Part shown: positions 1 to 14,575 of the stretch, in pieces | How the letters are laid out: each line of letters opens with the position of its first letter | Position numbering within the stretch: position 1 is the stretch's first letter | Assembly (NCBI GenBank): GCA_973895155.1 | Contig: OZ316893.1 | Location: 27,091,252 to 27,155,251, forward strand | DNA length: 64,000 bases | Origin: Marsupella aquatica | Lineage: Eukaryota; Plantae; Marchantiophyta | Reading direction: 5' to 3' | Translations under genes and position numbers: made by a program | The notes under the pieces: model-generated | Told to the model about the DNA's origin: nothing | The model's input: only the letters and a program-made list of their open reading frames with translations | Databases searched by the model: none

Positions 1-1083
1 AGACCAATCAGTCTCTTCTCTCTCCATCGAAGCAGCAAAAGACACAGAATGTCGGGAATTGGCGGCCGAAGAAGAGACGGTTGGCAGGGCAAAGCTGTTC
101 GTAGGTCATATAAGGAACTCGATGCAATTGCTTTTGAAACCTCACAAGATTCGACAGTAAATGAATGAAACTGGGATACAGAGAATTGACGCTTCAAGAA
201 CCAAAGAGATCTGCAACATTAAAATGTCAGCACTAGTCTCCGAGATGTGCGAAAAGTCTGTCCACGCATTATGGCATTGATTGCATTGCATCGCAAGATT
301 TGAATGACAGAACTAGTTTGAAAGGGTCCGATCACGCCGTTCCATGCAAAAATATATATATATATATATATGCACGCAGATCGATTGAGTGCATATCATT
401 CACTCAATCTTCCTGGTGTCAAGGAGCTTCTGTAAATAATCAACTCTCATGCTCGAATCTCTCATGCTTCTCAGTCCCTTGCGCTCCAAGCAAAAACTTA
501 CTCAAGCTAAAATTTCGTTCAGTCTGGGCGTCTGGCGCACATCGGAATTGGTTAAGTCTTCGTTTACCATCCATCACGCTGCTGGACTGGCAAGCACTAA
601 GGCACAGATTGAGGCAGGCTTGACTCTACTCATATGCTTGAACACGTCTCATTTTCGCTTTGCAATGAATGAATAGTGTAGACATAAAAGCTGCGATTTC
701 CACTGAGACATGTGGGAGTGAGCACAAAAATTCAAAATTAAAAGTAGAACGAATTAAATTACAGTATGTGGCATGAGGTCGACGTTGGCAACACGGTGCC
801 GTAGTCAGCTCGGACTCTGAGAGCCTGACTGCAGTGGGAGACTTTCAGCGGGCTGCCAACGCAATTTGAATTGTACACTACTACACAAGTGGAATGAACG
901 AGAGAGAAAGCCTGGCACGGAATCTCGGACTTCAGGGTGTGTACTGAGGTGGTAGGACATCCATTGACAGAGGAAGCACTATGTCCAAGCCGGAAGTACA
1001 GTACAGCAGATCATGGAAGGGCTAAATGGGAACAGCATCATGAATAAAGCCGGATTGGCTTTTGAGTTCCACTTCTGTGGGTT

Positions 1084-1288
1084 GTGAGCAGCAAATCGAA
1101 CAATAGAATACCGTTCTGTGCTTTGTGAGCAGCGAATCGGACAATAGAATACCATTATTCTGTGACTTGGGTGAGCAGCGAATCGAAGAATAGAATACCA
1201 TTCTGTGACTTGTGTGAGCAGCGAATCGAAGAATAGAATACCATTCTGTGATTTGTGAGCAGCGAATCGAGCAATAGTAAACCATTTC
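1084..1288. repeat. Minisatellite, 5 x ~41-47 bp
   Basis: Unit tgtgagcagcgaatcgaagaatagaataccattctgtgact, head to tail. Confidence 0.9.
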
Positions 1289-4200
1289 CAGGAGGCTGCG
1301 TCCCTGGAGGGGTCATCCGTACTGCACTTGAGTGGGGAACATGTTCACAACAGACTGTGTTCTCTAAGGACACATTAATAAGTTTTCAAAAAGATCGTGT
1401 GTCGCCACTTTCGTTTTATTCATCTCCAATTGCGCAGTTACTTCGGGGACGAATGGAATCCTGATAGTTTATTCACAACCTCTAGCTTTCGTGCCGTCGT
1501 GATAATTCATAGCATGGCATGGCCGTATTTCCGTTATGGAATTCACAACTTTCGCCAATCGAGCTTCACTCATAGCCTCGAAAGAATTTAGAAAGGAATA
1601 AGTTGCACTCTCCTCGTATCAGTTTTAGCCAATTCATGTTGTCCATTTGGCCATGATATGATCACTCGAGTAGATTCTTATCCACCCCCAAACATTTGCC
1701 AAAAATTGAGGCTAATTGTTAGCTTTGGTGCTGTCGTGATAGATAATAGCATATCATGGCCATATGATAAAGTTTTCCCTCATGGAATAAGCCAAATGCC
1801 TAAGTTTTGCTCACAAATAGATGATGAGTACAATTGTGTTAGTTTCCAGTTCCACCCGGGAGCAGTACCCCTAGAGTCCAAAGTTGTATTCTACGGCTTC
1901 ACTCTAGACCAGATGCCCTTATTATAGCTTTTGGTCGCTCTTTAATAGCTAACCAGAACTTTATCTAAGCGAGTTTCACTTATCGCCCCAAAACTTTCTG
2001 AAAGAAATAACTTGTACTATCATTCTATTTTTCAGTAAATTCATGTTGTCAGATGGGTATCACATGATCAACCAAGTAGATTCTTCTCTGCCCCCAAACA
2101 GTCACCAGAAATTTTAATGGAGGCCAAGGTTTTCCTTTGTTGCAGCTGTGAAAGTTTATGGCATGGCATGGCAGTAAAATGCTTTCCATAATGGAATACT
2201 AGCCTCAATGCCCGAGCTTTGCTCATCAGAGTGTCAGTTTCCAGTTCTAGTTGTGCCCTAGAGTCTTCATTCTACACTATAGGCCCCTATCCTAGCTTTT
2301 CATTGTTGTTAGATAGATACAAATTTTGCTAGTTAAGTTCACTCTGAGCATCCCCACCGGACGAGGCAAATAGCTGCCCGGTGAGGGTTTTACCGCAGGG
2401 AAGACTGTGGGGGGATATTTTCATCCCCACTGGGACACGGCATTTTTAAAAACACTGCCCCGTCTCGCCAAAATAGACCTCACGCACACTACCCCTGCCC
2501 TCTCAAACACTCCATTTGAATTGCACGGAGGAGAGTTGTGGATCTGGGAAGAAATGGACCGCTCTGCCTTCACTAGGGGGGCGCCATCCTTGTGGTGGGA
2601 CTGGAGGACTATCAACAAATGTTTGCCGCGGCTCCTTTTGCCGCGGTAGAATGGCAGGACTGGTGGGGTACCTTATAGTACTCAGGCTAGTTACTATAGT
2701 AGTAATTTATAGTTTAGACTATAAGTTGAGATGTGGTAGGCAGGCTCTTAACCTGGGAGGCATAGTTTTCAGTATTTTCATTCAGTTTTGGGCAGAAAGG
2801 GCCAACCCTTAGCCCGCCCTTGAGCCTAAGCCTCACTCCTTGCCCTGCCCTTAACTGATGGCCAAGGGTTTCAGGGATGGTTGGTTACATCCTTACATGT
2901 AGTTTAGACATTACATGTATGGATCTGTTATCAGAAGCGATTGTGCATTTTTTCATGCCCAGCTCACCTTGTTTTTTAAGTCTAGAAAATTTGAAAGATT
3001 CCACCTCACTGAAAAGTCGTTGCCACTTTCGACAGAAATTCTCCAGAATGTAATCTTAGACTAGCCAGTTTCCCAAGGAACTAAAATCTGACTATTGTCA
3101 TTAAATCTAGGGAGATCCAATGGTCGAAAATTATTCTAAGAAAGTCAATTAATAAATATTCATAGCATCTTCTCCTTCACATTGGCGAAAAGAAAAAGCT
3201 TTTAAAAATACCCTCGTTGCACCACCATATCCTGGCACTTCTTCAAACTTCATGGTCCATGCAGGCTTTTCTTTATTAGTTCAAGTACGAAACTCTTTTA
3301 TTCTAATCAACGGCTGAATAAAAAATGAGTTCATCGGCAACGAAAACGAAGGATGCGCTTAAATGGCGGGAACAAGCATCACGACCGAGACATCCGGTGG
3401 AGATGCTCCGTCCCATCGACGGTCGACAACTCACAAAGAAACGGATCGCACGTCGTTACATGGAGCAGAATGATTCGGCCAGAATTTGGAGTACAGAATC
3501 TGAAAGTTGATTCGCTGCTACAGCGACCAGAATCTTTGTCCGTTCTGTTATTTCACATTGAATGGCATCACAGAGAAACGAAGGAATACAGTACTGTACA
3601 CGTGTAGAGGCGTCGAGTATCAAAGACGGGCACAAAGGGACAAACATTGTCATCCGCTCTAAGATCCTTTTTGAGGCCACTAAAAACGATCCTATATCCT
3701 CGTTTGACGCACGCTTTTTGTTTTTGGCCCTCCGATAGAATATACCATAGTGCTGCTCTGTGGAGGGGTTAGTGTTACCTTTAATATATATATCAGAGTG
3801 TAAAAAAAAGGCCAAAATGCCAAACAGGGAGACACGATGACAAAAGAGAGAGATCCAATAAAGGGAGTGAAAAAGCCCAACAGGTCCGACAACTTAAAAA
3901 AAGCCTCATAACAACAAAAAAACACTAAGAAGCAGAGTACTAAACAATCTAGGGGGCCAAAGATCTTACTCTACACAACGGCCTATGAGATATTTTTTTA
4001 TTAATTTGAGTGAACTTAGAGGAGAACCTTCACAAATAAGTTCATTCAAATCTTGATTGGGAATTCTTCCTCTGATATTGTAAAAATACCGAAAACTTAT
4101 TGAGTAAGACACTGAATTTAGGGCATACAATTGGGTTGGGAGTCACGATACTGCTCGCTGACGGAGGGTGCACAGAACTACAGGTTTGCACTTACCCATA

Positions 4201-4699
4201 ATGCAAACCCCATTTAGTGCACAAAGGATGCTTCGTCCAGCGAGTGTGGACTTTAGAGAGAGGGTTAACTTTCGTCAAATTTGCATAAAAAGCAAAATAG
4301 CTTAGAATGTTTGGAAACCTCAAGGAATTTTATAGTGAAGAGAGTTTATTTTCAGTGACTTTATTATTTTTAAATTTAAACAAATAGAGGAGAGTAGGCG
4401 TTGTTATTTTATGGAGCTATTTGCACAGAACCTCAAAGGAAATTTTCCATGTTAATTTTAAGAATATTCTAATATCTGCCGTCAGCACCATCGTTTTAAT
4501 ATATATATATTAGTTCTAAAACTAACCAAAGCACGGAGCATAATATTTAGGCGTTGGTTTTAATAAGAAATGTTTTTGTTTCAACCCGCGTGGCACCTCG
4601 AAAGAACTTTGTGATGTAAATTATAAGGATTCTGATGTAAGCACCGACTTTCTAGTGTATGCTGTGTTTTTTAAAATTCATTAATATTCCGCGTAGAAC

Positions 4700-5935
4700 A
4701 CTAACGAACCTCTGTCGTATCTGATTTACGATTTGAAGAATGAAACGAAAGGATCATCCGGTCATGTATGTAAAATATAAGATACTGAGAATTAGTGTCC
4801 ACGGCATCATGTGCCGTCATGTCTTAAAAACAATTCCTATCACCTACTGTAGAGTATCGTGGGAGAATGTTCCACTCCACTAAGAGACATCTGGGAACAA
4901 GTCTTGCATAGGGTACTCAGGGTTCAGTTGCTCTTAGGGAGTAACGGGGTAACCAGGATACAACCAACTCGTGACGGGCGGCAGCTGAGACCATGTAGCA
5001 AGTAACCAGGAAGCACCGGTTAATTCCTGTAATGGGGATGCTAACCATGATTAACAATCTTATACACACTTTAGTCCATGATTTACACCGCTCTTTTAAA
5101 TCAATGCTAGCTCTATTACTATAACATAAATCAAGACTCATGTTTGTCAAATCATTTGGTTTGTAGATCATAAATATAGTGTATTGATTTTATGTTCGAG
5201 TGTAGCGAGTGCATTAATTTGACAAAAAATTGACATTCAGTGTGATTTATCAATAGATGCGGATATAACTAATAGAATGAGCCATACAACCAAAACATAA
5301 ACCAAGATAGATGTCATGGAAATAACTTGGTTTTGTAGATCATAAATACAATGTATTGATTTTATGTTATGGTGTATGAAATGTATTAATTTGATGTAGA
5401 TTTAATAAGAAATGTAATTTATCAACAATCACATGTCCAAGCAATAGAGTGAACCATACAACCAGTACATAAACCAAAACATGTTTTTCAAATCACTTGG
5501 TTTCTAGATCATAGTGTACGAAATGCATTAACTTGACATAAATTTGACACTCATTGTGAGTGTGATTTGCCAACAGCAACAGGTCCAACCAATAAAGGGA
5601 GAAATCCAAACATACATACTTCGAGGCATGGTAAAGCTGGGCATAGCGGGTGTAGATTACTCATTCCACAAATTCAACTACAGTAAGCTGCTTTTGTGTG
5701 CTGTTCTCTAACGAACCTCTGTCGTTTCTGGTTCACTATCTGGAGAATGAAAGGAAAGGATCATCCGGGCATGTCTGTAAACTAAAGATCCTGAGAATTA
5801 CAATCCAGGATCCTGTTATATATTTAAAATATAAGAATCTGAGAATTAGAATCCAGGGCATCCCGGTCATGTATGTAATAAAACATAAGATACTGAGAAA
5901 TAGATCCAGGGCATCATGTGCCGTCGTGTCTTTTT
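4700..5935. repeat. Direct repeats (4700-4825 and 5708-5935) flanking a 3 x ~170-bp tandem array (5150-5600)
   Basis: ctaacgaacctctgtcgt..aaggatcatccgg..ggcatcatgtgccgtc occurs twice; ttggttt(tg)tagatcata occurs three times. Confidence 0.75.
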
Positions 5936-7419
5936 GAAATTTTTCCAATCATCCACTGTACTGTGGTAGGCTGTACCACTGCATTAGGGGCATCTGGGAT
6001 CGAGTCATGCGCTCTGGGCAGGGCTGCCCAAGAAAAGAGCGTAAAGCAAGCGATGCGTGCGATTACACGATAAGAATCGAATGAGTGACCGCCTCGGGCA
6101 GCGCACCGGAGCACACTGACTCCTCCTTTGCGCCAGATTACAGTAGATTGTATGCCCTGTCACCTAGCTGGATCGTCTGTCAGAGTGGGGCAGTCGTCGG
6201 TGTGATTGTGTAATGTGTAGGGAATTAGGGATCGTTCGTTTTCCCTCCCTCCCTGCATGCCTGCCCGCCTGCCTGCCCGGGTCTGCGACCTGCCATGCGC
6301 ATTATTTTCTTTTCGACCAATATTTGCGCAGGTCGCGTTTACCGATCACTTTACACAAATTATGATCATGAATGGGCTCTTGATTAATTATACCAAGAGG
6401 GCTTTTCACATCAGGTATTTCTCATTTTTGCTTTGGGCATCTCTACCAAAAGCTCAATTTTAGGGCAAACTTAATTGGGGGATTCTTGGTTTGAGTCTGG
6501 TCACAACTTGTGTCTGTGGGTCAGCTTGACATCATCTATTTTGGAATGGGCGCCAACACATTCAGGAGACAATGTTTTGCTTGGGTGCCAATACGCTGAT
6601 CAACCAAGTTGGTGATGTTCCTGCATTGCGAGAACCATAGATTGTTCCTCTGTGACCCGGCCTATAACCGTCCGGGTCAAGGGAAATGGTCCCGGAAGTA
6701 GTAGTTTGAGACACCCTAATGAATGACAGATGGCTTAAGTCTGTCGCACATGCAGAGAACACTATAATCTGCCTGGTTAGCAGCCGCCCTGCTGAACCCT
6801 GCGGTTGCCCCACCAAAGTTGACTGCCTTTTCACCATTGCCCAACCAAAGTGGCAGATCATACTGCCTGGTCCAACCTACCAGTGCAAAAATGTGACTTA
6901 TCAATGTTCAATGTGGACTGTCGTCCGCCATTGTCAATTACAGGGGCCAGTGCAGGCACCTAGTTTTGCCTTCTGGGGCAAAATTAGGAATTAGCGGGAA
7001 GCAATAAGCCATCCAACTTCCATAGTTATGGTGGTTGCAAGGGCCAGTGGGAGATTCTAGTGGAAAAACTTGGGCCGCAAGTGGGGTGTTTGGAAGATGC
7101 AAGGGGTGACAACATCCACCATTATCTTAGATATATGCTCTAACCCCCGCTCTACCAGGGTGTTAATTTAACCAAGTACCAGAATGGAAAAAGTCTGTTA
7201 ACCAATTGACTTGATCTACGTTTGGTTCAAGTTCAAGGTGAGTTAATGTTTGACATAGACGTCAACTAGCAGGTGCTCATTACCTGGGTGAAATTGTGTT
7301 TAGGACTCCCAGAGGTGCTTTCCGCTAAGTCACCCAAAGTTCAGAAACAGGAACATAACTAGGAGTGAAGACCAGCTACGTCAAATGGGAATGGAGGAAT
7401 GAACTCACCAGGTACTTGT

Positions 7420-9240
7420 AGGCCTGTTTCTATGTTAAAAGAACTTCTGGGCATGTCTTACTATTATTCATTTTTAGCCTGTCCGAGTGGTCCCCCCGGT
7501 CTAAAGTCCTTGCGGTTTATGTACTACACTAGTGCAACTGGTTTTTCAGGCACTGGAGAATTGATCGCTGGATGTGTTTTTGAAAAACAATAGCCGGATT
7601 TGACTTTCTACATAGTTTTTTTTTGTTGGGTTTTTCAAGATTTTAATCTGGGGTAAAGCTGATTTCTTGTGTGCAACCTTGCCCCAACCCATTATTGAGT
7701 AAGGTTTGCAGTTGATTACCGCTACTTAAAATAAACCAACAAAGGAATATTCACTACTTAAAGAACCTAAACCCGTTTTGCAGATGGTCCTAGGGTGGCT
7801 TTACAAGAAGTGGGAGCACTGGTGACTTCTGTTTTTACAAAGCAAAGTCGTGACCAAAACTCCTTTGCAATGAAGTTCAATTATAAAGGCAAATCCATTA
7901 AATGGAGGAGCCAAAGTTTGAAAATGTTTGGACCACCTGGATAGGTGATCTAAAGTTCTCACACTCCACATCACATTTACTTGGGCCCACTACTTTTGAT
8001 GTAGGATGGGTAGACAGCATAAACTGATTGGCCCCCAAGTTTTGTAAAGTGAATTGCAACCCTTTTCACTCATTAAGTTTTGTGTAAAGTGAATTGCGAC
8101 CAGTCTCAGTGTTTACAATCATGAATGCCCATTCTTTGAATATTAATAGAGAATGGGTAATCAACGTTCCTCCATCTTTGCCCCCATCATGTTGTTGATA
8201 TTCACTCAATGTTGTCTTTATTAATTTTATATTCATCTAGAGTTACTGTCTATAGGGTTCATTCTAGTAGTCTAGACACTAACTCTAGTTTCTGTTTGCT
8301 TTTTAAGTAAAATGCGGTCAAGATTTAACATTATAGGCAAGAAAGAGAAACAATGGACCCAAACATCTTGGAAAACTAGTGTTAATCTTTTCTTTTCTTT
8401 TCTTCGTGGTGTTTCCTCCACGAGCATGCACTTTTCTATCTCACCAGTTCCCTTTCTTGGCGGTGTTCTCTCCACGAGCATGCACTTTTCTATCTCACCT
8501 TTTTGCTGCAGCAACACTCGACATGGCATATTGGAACTTTGATCACTAAATTGTTTGTTTGCGCATCAATGCTGGGAAAAAAATTGGACCCTAGAATAAT
8601 GATAGCTGTCCAATAGTGATAATCTAGGGCCATCCCTAGAAACCAAGCTCCACAGCCCATCTTAAAATAATTTGTCACCTGTAAGGGATTCTAGTATGGA
8701 TCGCTGAAGTAAAATGATTCAAGCCCGTTATTAGAGGGCCTGTTTCTGTGTTAAAAATCTTCATATATTCATTTTTAGCCTGTAATTGGAGTGGTCCCCG
8801 TGTCTATCATCCTCTCGGGTTAGGTACAAGTCTAACGTTACTGGATTTTCAGGCACTGGAGTTTTGATTACTGGATCTGTGCTTGAAAAACAATATTCAG
8901 GCCAAAAATTTTCAGTCATTATGCATTCAGATTTAATCTCCTCCATAAGGAATGAAGAGAAGCACTAGACCCCAAACATCTTGGAAAACTGCTGTAATCT
9001 TTCCTTTTATTTGTGGCGTTCGTCCACAATCATGCACATTTCTATCACACCTTTTGTGCTGCAGCGACACTCAACATGCCAAATAGAAACTTTGATCACT
9101 AAATTCTTTGTTTGCACATCAGTGCTGGGAAAAAAAATGGACCCTAGGATAATGATGGCTGTCAATAATGATAATTTAGGATAGTCCCTAGAAACCAAGC
9201 TCCACAGTACATTTTTGTAATAATTTGTCACCTGTAAGCA
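7420..9240. repeat. Degenerate local duplications (7420-7592 vs 8737-8895; 8355-8685 vs 8967-9238)
   Basis: Shared tattcatttttagcctgt, ttttcaggcactggag, gacc(c)caaacatcttggaaaact, gaaaccaagctccacag and taatttgtcacctgtaag. Confidence 0.8.
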
Positions 9241-11416
9241 ACTCATAATATGAATAGCTGAATAATCATTTGGGCATTCAAAGTTAAAAATAATAAAATC
9301 AAAGTGATGTGACATTGATTTTTTTAGACATAGGCTAAAACACTTGGGGTGTAGTATTCTAGACCTCTGGATTCAGATGTTGTATTTTCTGCTACACCAC
9401 ATCAATTAGCGCACTAGGAGCTTTTGTAAAGCACATTATTAGAAATGTTGCGCCTCAACTATATATTTGCTATCAAAGTAGCTTGTACCTTGGATCTCAC
9501 GAGTGCCTTGGTAAACACAGGATCTCACACATCTGGACCAGGGGTCTGATGCTAAATAAGTCAATCATGGATTTGCGGCTCAAATTTGGCTCACCTGACT
9601 GTTCTGGACGGTGTTCTACTACCCCATCCCTAGTAAGATCATTAGAAAGTCAGCTAGGGAAGATTGGAAAGACTGCGATCTGATAGATTACAGATCTGTT
9701 TCATAGATTATCACTTGTTAAATGTGGTTTACAATATATGTGCTTTCTTGCTTCTATTCTAAGCAAAAGGCTTCTAGAATTAGGATCATTAGCAACCTTT
9801 ACTGAAGTATTTTATACTATACTTAACAATCAAACTATCATGCATGATTTTTTCATAGAGTGAAACCATAGTCCACAATTTTAGCCATAATTAGCTATGA
9901 GCAGATGTTGATATTTAGATTATCTTTGTATGGACAAGCAAATGAGTCTGGTCCTGGGCCCTACTTGTCCATGGGTGGTTTGGCTATGAACCCACTTAGG
10001 GGTGAAAAACACGTTAAGCACGTGTGGTTTTTGTCTTGCAATAATACCTCCCGGAACAATAAAACATCGACAGAGCGACCAGAAGTTGTTGAAACTAGAA
10101 AGGAAATTTGTTCTATTTGGGAGGAGCATTCAAGCCAGGAGAGTACACGAGACCCCAACGATCATGCGTAGGAAATAATAATTCCCGACCGGGTAGATCG
10201 ACGAGAAAAAGCGCATAGGACGAGCGTGATGAGAATCCGAGGCGAGAACACAAACTCCACCTCATTTTTTCTTTTTTTCTTCAATGCTAAAAAAAGCTTC
10301 CATACGATGCCCGTACAAACGAACGCTTTTAATGGGGTCACCAACAGACTCGATGCAATCGTCGAATCCCACCCACGCCCGCCCGCCCGTCTGCCCGCCC
10401 GCCTGCCTGCCTGCCCTCCTGCCCGCCAACGGTTCCCGCCAATAAATACTGTACAGGCGACCGTATAGGGACAGCGAACGAAAAGGAAAATCTTTCAGAC
10501 GCCACGAGTCCACGACCTTCAATCACAGAAAACATTTCCGCCTTTATGCCGCCAGCTCAGCCCAGATGCGACGTGTGCGCGTCGTATCCAACACTTTGCC
10601 TGCCCAGTGGGGAACAGCGGCGCTCCCTCGAATGTACTCATCACTCCGGTTTCTCCCCCATGGCCCACGCCCCATACATGCTGCCCTGCTGCCGTACCAC
10701 AGTGGGCAGTAGGGACGATCAAGTTGGCTAAATTCATTTACTTCAAATTTCACTATTTCAGTCTCCATTACAAGTTTTATGTCATGTTTGTGTAACTTGG
10801 GTAAGCGACAGAAATTTAATTATTTGAAAAAGAAAAATATTTCCTTTGGGCACAGGTCTCGTGCGAACCGATCTCCCGTACGGTCCTGTCCTGCCCCCAG
10901 TGGCCTGGTGTGCGTTTCTTTTATCCCGTTCCGGTCTGTCTGCCTTGGTGGCTGGGCCCGAACTGAGATACGGGACCGACGGCGACGGGCAGCAGGGGGT
11001 GCCCGCTGCGGGAGGATCCGGGTCGGACAGATCGCCGTCTTTCGCTTGCGTGCGCCGGGGCCGGGGGGACAGGACAGGGAGCTCGACGGCTCGACCGAAA
11101 ATCGGTGCCCCACGTTAGAAGTGACCGCCGATCCTGCCCCTCATAAGAATTCAATAAAAAGGACTTTTCCGTCCAAGCTGTCCCGTCCTCGGTGTCCAGC
11201 CCGTACAAAAGTCGGCACTATAGAGTCGGTTGCCAATAACGCCGTTAGCGACTTAGCGATCGACTGAGTAGACAGGGACAGAACGGCTTATGAAAGGAAA
11301 GCTTTTACACACGGTTGTAGTGTCCACCGGGCAGCCCCGGATCGCACTCATGCCGCACTCACATGTGCGTAGATTTGAACTGTGAACCGGGGTTGCTTTC
11401 CAAAATTTCCAAATTA

Positions 11417-11807
11417 CTCTAATGTTCATCGTAATTAATGTTAGACAATAATTAGTGTCAATACAAAATTAATGTTAATATTAACACTAATTTTGGTAAA
11501 AATAATTTTGAATCCAAATAACATTAAATTTTCTCGGTTTTCATAACGAATTTTTTTCAACTTAGTTTAAATTATTTATAGAAAATGGATGATCTTTAGT
11601 CCAAAGTAACACTAATTATTGTAGATTTTTTTTAATAGTTTTTTTCTTTATATTTTTCCATTTATAAGACCATAGTAACACTAATTCATGCGAGCAAAAA
11701 TAGTGTTAGCATAAAATTAGTGTGATTAACACTAATTTGCGAGTAGACCCTGAAAATGGGCACTCTTGAATTAGTGTTAGTCACACTAATTACGGTGAAC
11801 AGTGTAG
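11417..11807. mobile_element. AT-rich MITE-like element with degenerate TIRs and AACACTAATT subterminal repeats
   Basis: The left end tgttcatcgtaattaatgt is the degenerate reverse complement of the right end acactaattacggtgaacagtg. Many aacactaatt/aattagtgt copies occur in both orientations. Confidence 0.55.
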
Positions 11808-12379
11808 AAATTTCCTTGGGCCTGCAACTGCTCGTCTTTTCCATTTTTCCTTATCACCTGAATTTTCTGGTACAATTGGTTTTTGGTGATTTAGGCCATT
11901 GGTGATTTAGATGGTCTTAATTGTGTCATTCGTGCAAACCAGCCACGCTGCATTTTTTTAGGATCAAATGCAAACTAAAGATTTTAGATTGGTCGTGTAA
12001 GCTGCCTCTTTTGGTATAAAATGCAAACTAAACTCTTTTAGAATGGTCGCATAACATGGACCAAGCTGCCGGAGAATGAAGCCCCCATTCCTTGCAAAAC
12101 TTGGCTCTTGGGCTTCTTGAATCTTTGGTTGTCTTGGGTCTTTCCTTTGTTTCCTCACCTTTATTTGGGTTCTTGTCTTTGGGATCCTATCTCCTAATTT
12201 GACACTTTTTATTCTTTGGTGTCTCTGGAGCCCATCCCTCTGAGTGACTTGACTATTGGGCTTTTTGGCTAGTTGATTGTCCTTGGTCTCTCTTTTATTG
12301 GTTCTCTTGTCTTTAAAATCCTATCTCCCAATTTGACACTTCTTAAGCTTTGGTAATCTGATACATATTTAGATAAAAC

Positions 12380-12975
12380 ATACAACTGAATTGAGTTTTT
12401 TGCATCAAACACAATTCAAACTGATTGGATACAACCGAACAAAGAATTGCATTTTTGGCATTGAACAGACTGGACACCACCCAAAAACAGAGTTTATCCT
12501 CTTCACACAATCTCAGCATACACAAACGAAACAGTTTAACGCAAGGAAAAAAAGCATTAATCCTGTTTACACCATCTCATCAAACACAAACCAAACTGTT
12601 AAACTAGGACAGAAAAAATAAATCATCGTGCTTTCACCAACTCAGCAAACACAGACTAAACTGTTTCGATACAACACGAAAAAGGGAGAGTCCACTTTAC
12701 ACCATCTCATGTCAGCTCATCTCATCAAACACAAAGCACACCGTGTAGATACAACAGTGAAAAGAAAATATCCTGTCATACCATCTCATCAAACAACCTA
12801 ACATGTTTGACCACAACAGAAAAAAAAAACCCATCCTGTTTACCCCATCTCCAGCAAAACATCGCCAGCAGAAGTAAAATTGTTTAGTTACAAAAGAAAA
12901 AAGAAAACATCATGTTTACACCATCTCCACAAACACACAGCAAATATATTATCCTGTCTACAACATCTCATAATG
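12380..12975. repeat. Degenerate ~60-75-bp tandem array
   Basis: Recurring atcctgtttacaccatctcatcaaacac-like unit, about 8 copies. Confidence 0.7.
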
Positions 12976-14287
12976 ACACTAAAAATATCGTTGGTCAGCG
13001 AAGGAAGATCTGTATAGTTTGTGATTCGATGGAAACGTCATTTTCTTGTTTATGACAGATTATAATTATAATGATAATCAATCAAACAAAGATAAGGACA
13101 AATTAATGAACTTTTATAATTTAATGTAATTTTTTACTTCAAACTTATTGTCATTAAGTTTTTAGCTGTAAAGGTACTTAGGTGACCAACAACTTGGTTA
13201 AATATATTTCATTCATAAACTTCTTACCCCTTTCGTTCCAGGGAGTCAAAAAGTTAACTTAATCCAAACTTTTCTTGCTTTTATTTTCTCTACAGTAGTT
13301 GTTATCCTTTGTATATTTCTTACCTAATCAAAATGAACTCATGAACCAGTATCTGCTGGTTGTGTTCCTAGTGTTATCCAGCTTTTCTTGAAAAACTTTA
13401 TCACTGTCAGAACAATGAGACGTAGTCAAGACAATAATTTTAAGATGAAATTAATGCCAGAATTTACGGACAATTCCAATCAACAGCCAGATGCAGAAAA
13501 CTCCTTGCACTTCGAAAGTACCCTAAGCACAACTCAAATCTTCTTGTCCAATCTTTCATCATCCATCAGCAACTCAACCTTCCACAGTGATGCCATCTAC
13601 TAGTGTGAGTCTGCTACCATAACCCAATTAGGTAGCAATGAGCTCGAGGACGTCTCTCCCAAGGAATAGATTCAGACTACTTGTCAAATCCAAAAAACTC
13701 CTGCATACACTACTGCAATGTGTTCTACTCAAATAACAGGTTTCTTGGTGTCAACTCAAACCCTGTGGTCTATCAGACCACCAACTTTTACCTTTCATTG
13801 TTTATCTTTTTCACTTTCTTTCATTAGTTAGTGACGGAAAACTGCTTTGTTTGGTGAAGCATCAACTATACAGTGATTTTGTAGTTGCAATTTTTGCATC
13901 AGTAGTTTTTGTTTCAAGATTTTGTATCAGCAAAATCTAGCAACTTGTTAAGTGGGCCAGGATGACGAGCTTTGCAAAGCCCAAGTTAATACCCACGTTG
14001 TGAGTCGTGTGTCCTTTTGCAGGGCCATGGTCAATCCCAGGTGGCGAGTCATGAAGTGTTTGCAAATCCAGAAGCCTTTTTTTCTGGAGGCTGCATACAA
14101 CCCCATCTGTAGCGAAAGGCCCACTTTATTTCTTCTAAATAAGCTTTCCTCCAGTCTACCTGCTCCAGGAGTTGACAAGTGTCAACCTCAAACCTTGAAA
14201 ATTATTTTACAAAAGCCATTCATGAGCTTCAGCCTCGTTTTCCAAAGGGAAATACAGAAGACATTGACATTTTGGAAGGTAAGACCG

Positions 14288-14575
14288 CTAAAACTAGGAG
14301 ACATGACTTTGTTATTTAGGGGGGGTGGAGACCAAAGCCAAAACTTCATTGGGCCATGGCATCGATGTAGCCATAGCCACTAAAAACTAGGAGCGGTGAC
14401 TTTGTTTTCTTAGGGGGTGGAGACACAAAGCCAAAACTTCATTGACACTTAAAGGCGACTTGGCTGTGATATAGGCAAGGCCACCAAAAACTAGGAGCGA
14501 TGACTTTGTTTTTAGGGGGGTGGATGCACAAGCCAAACTTCGTTGATACTTAAAGGGGCTATGGCATTGATATAG
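14288..14575. repeat. 3 x ~95-105-bp tandem repeat
   Basis: aaaactaggag..tgactttgtt..taggggg..tgga..aagccaaa occurs three times. Confidence 0.85.

Noticed and set aside
1084-1288. CRISPR-like periodic repeat (also 41200-41610 and 51248-51523)
   Set aside because: Units are head to tail with no unique spacers, there are no cas genes, and the context is eukaryotic.
6440-7000. Possible TE coding relics (also 9480-10000, 13950-14280, 32640-33700)
   Set aside because: Too degraded to assign to any family by eye.
10779-11267. 162-aa plus-strand ORF
   Set aside because: GC-rich sequence open in several frames, with no recognisable motif.
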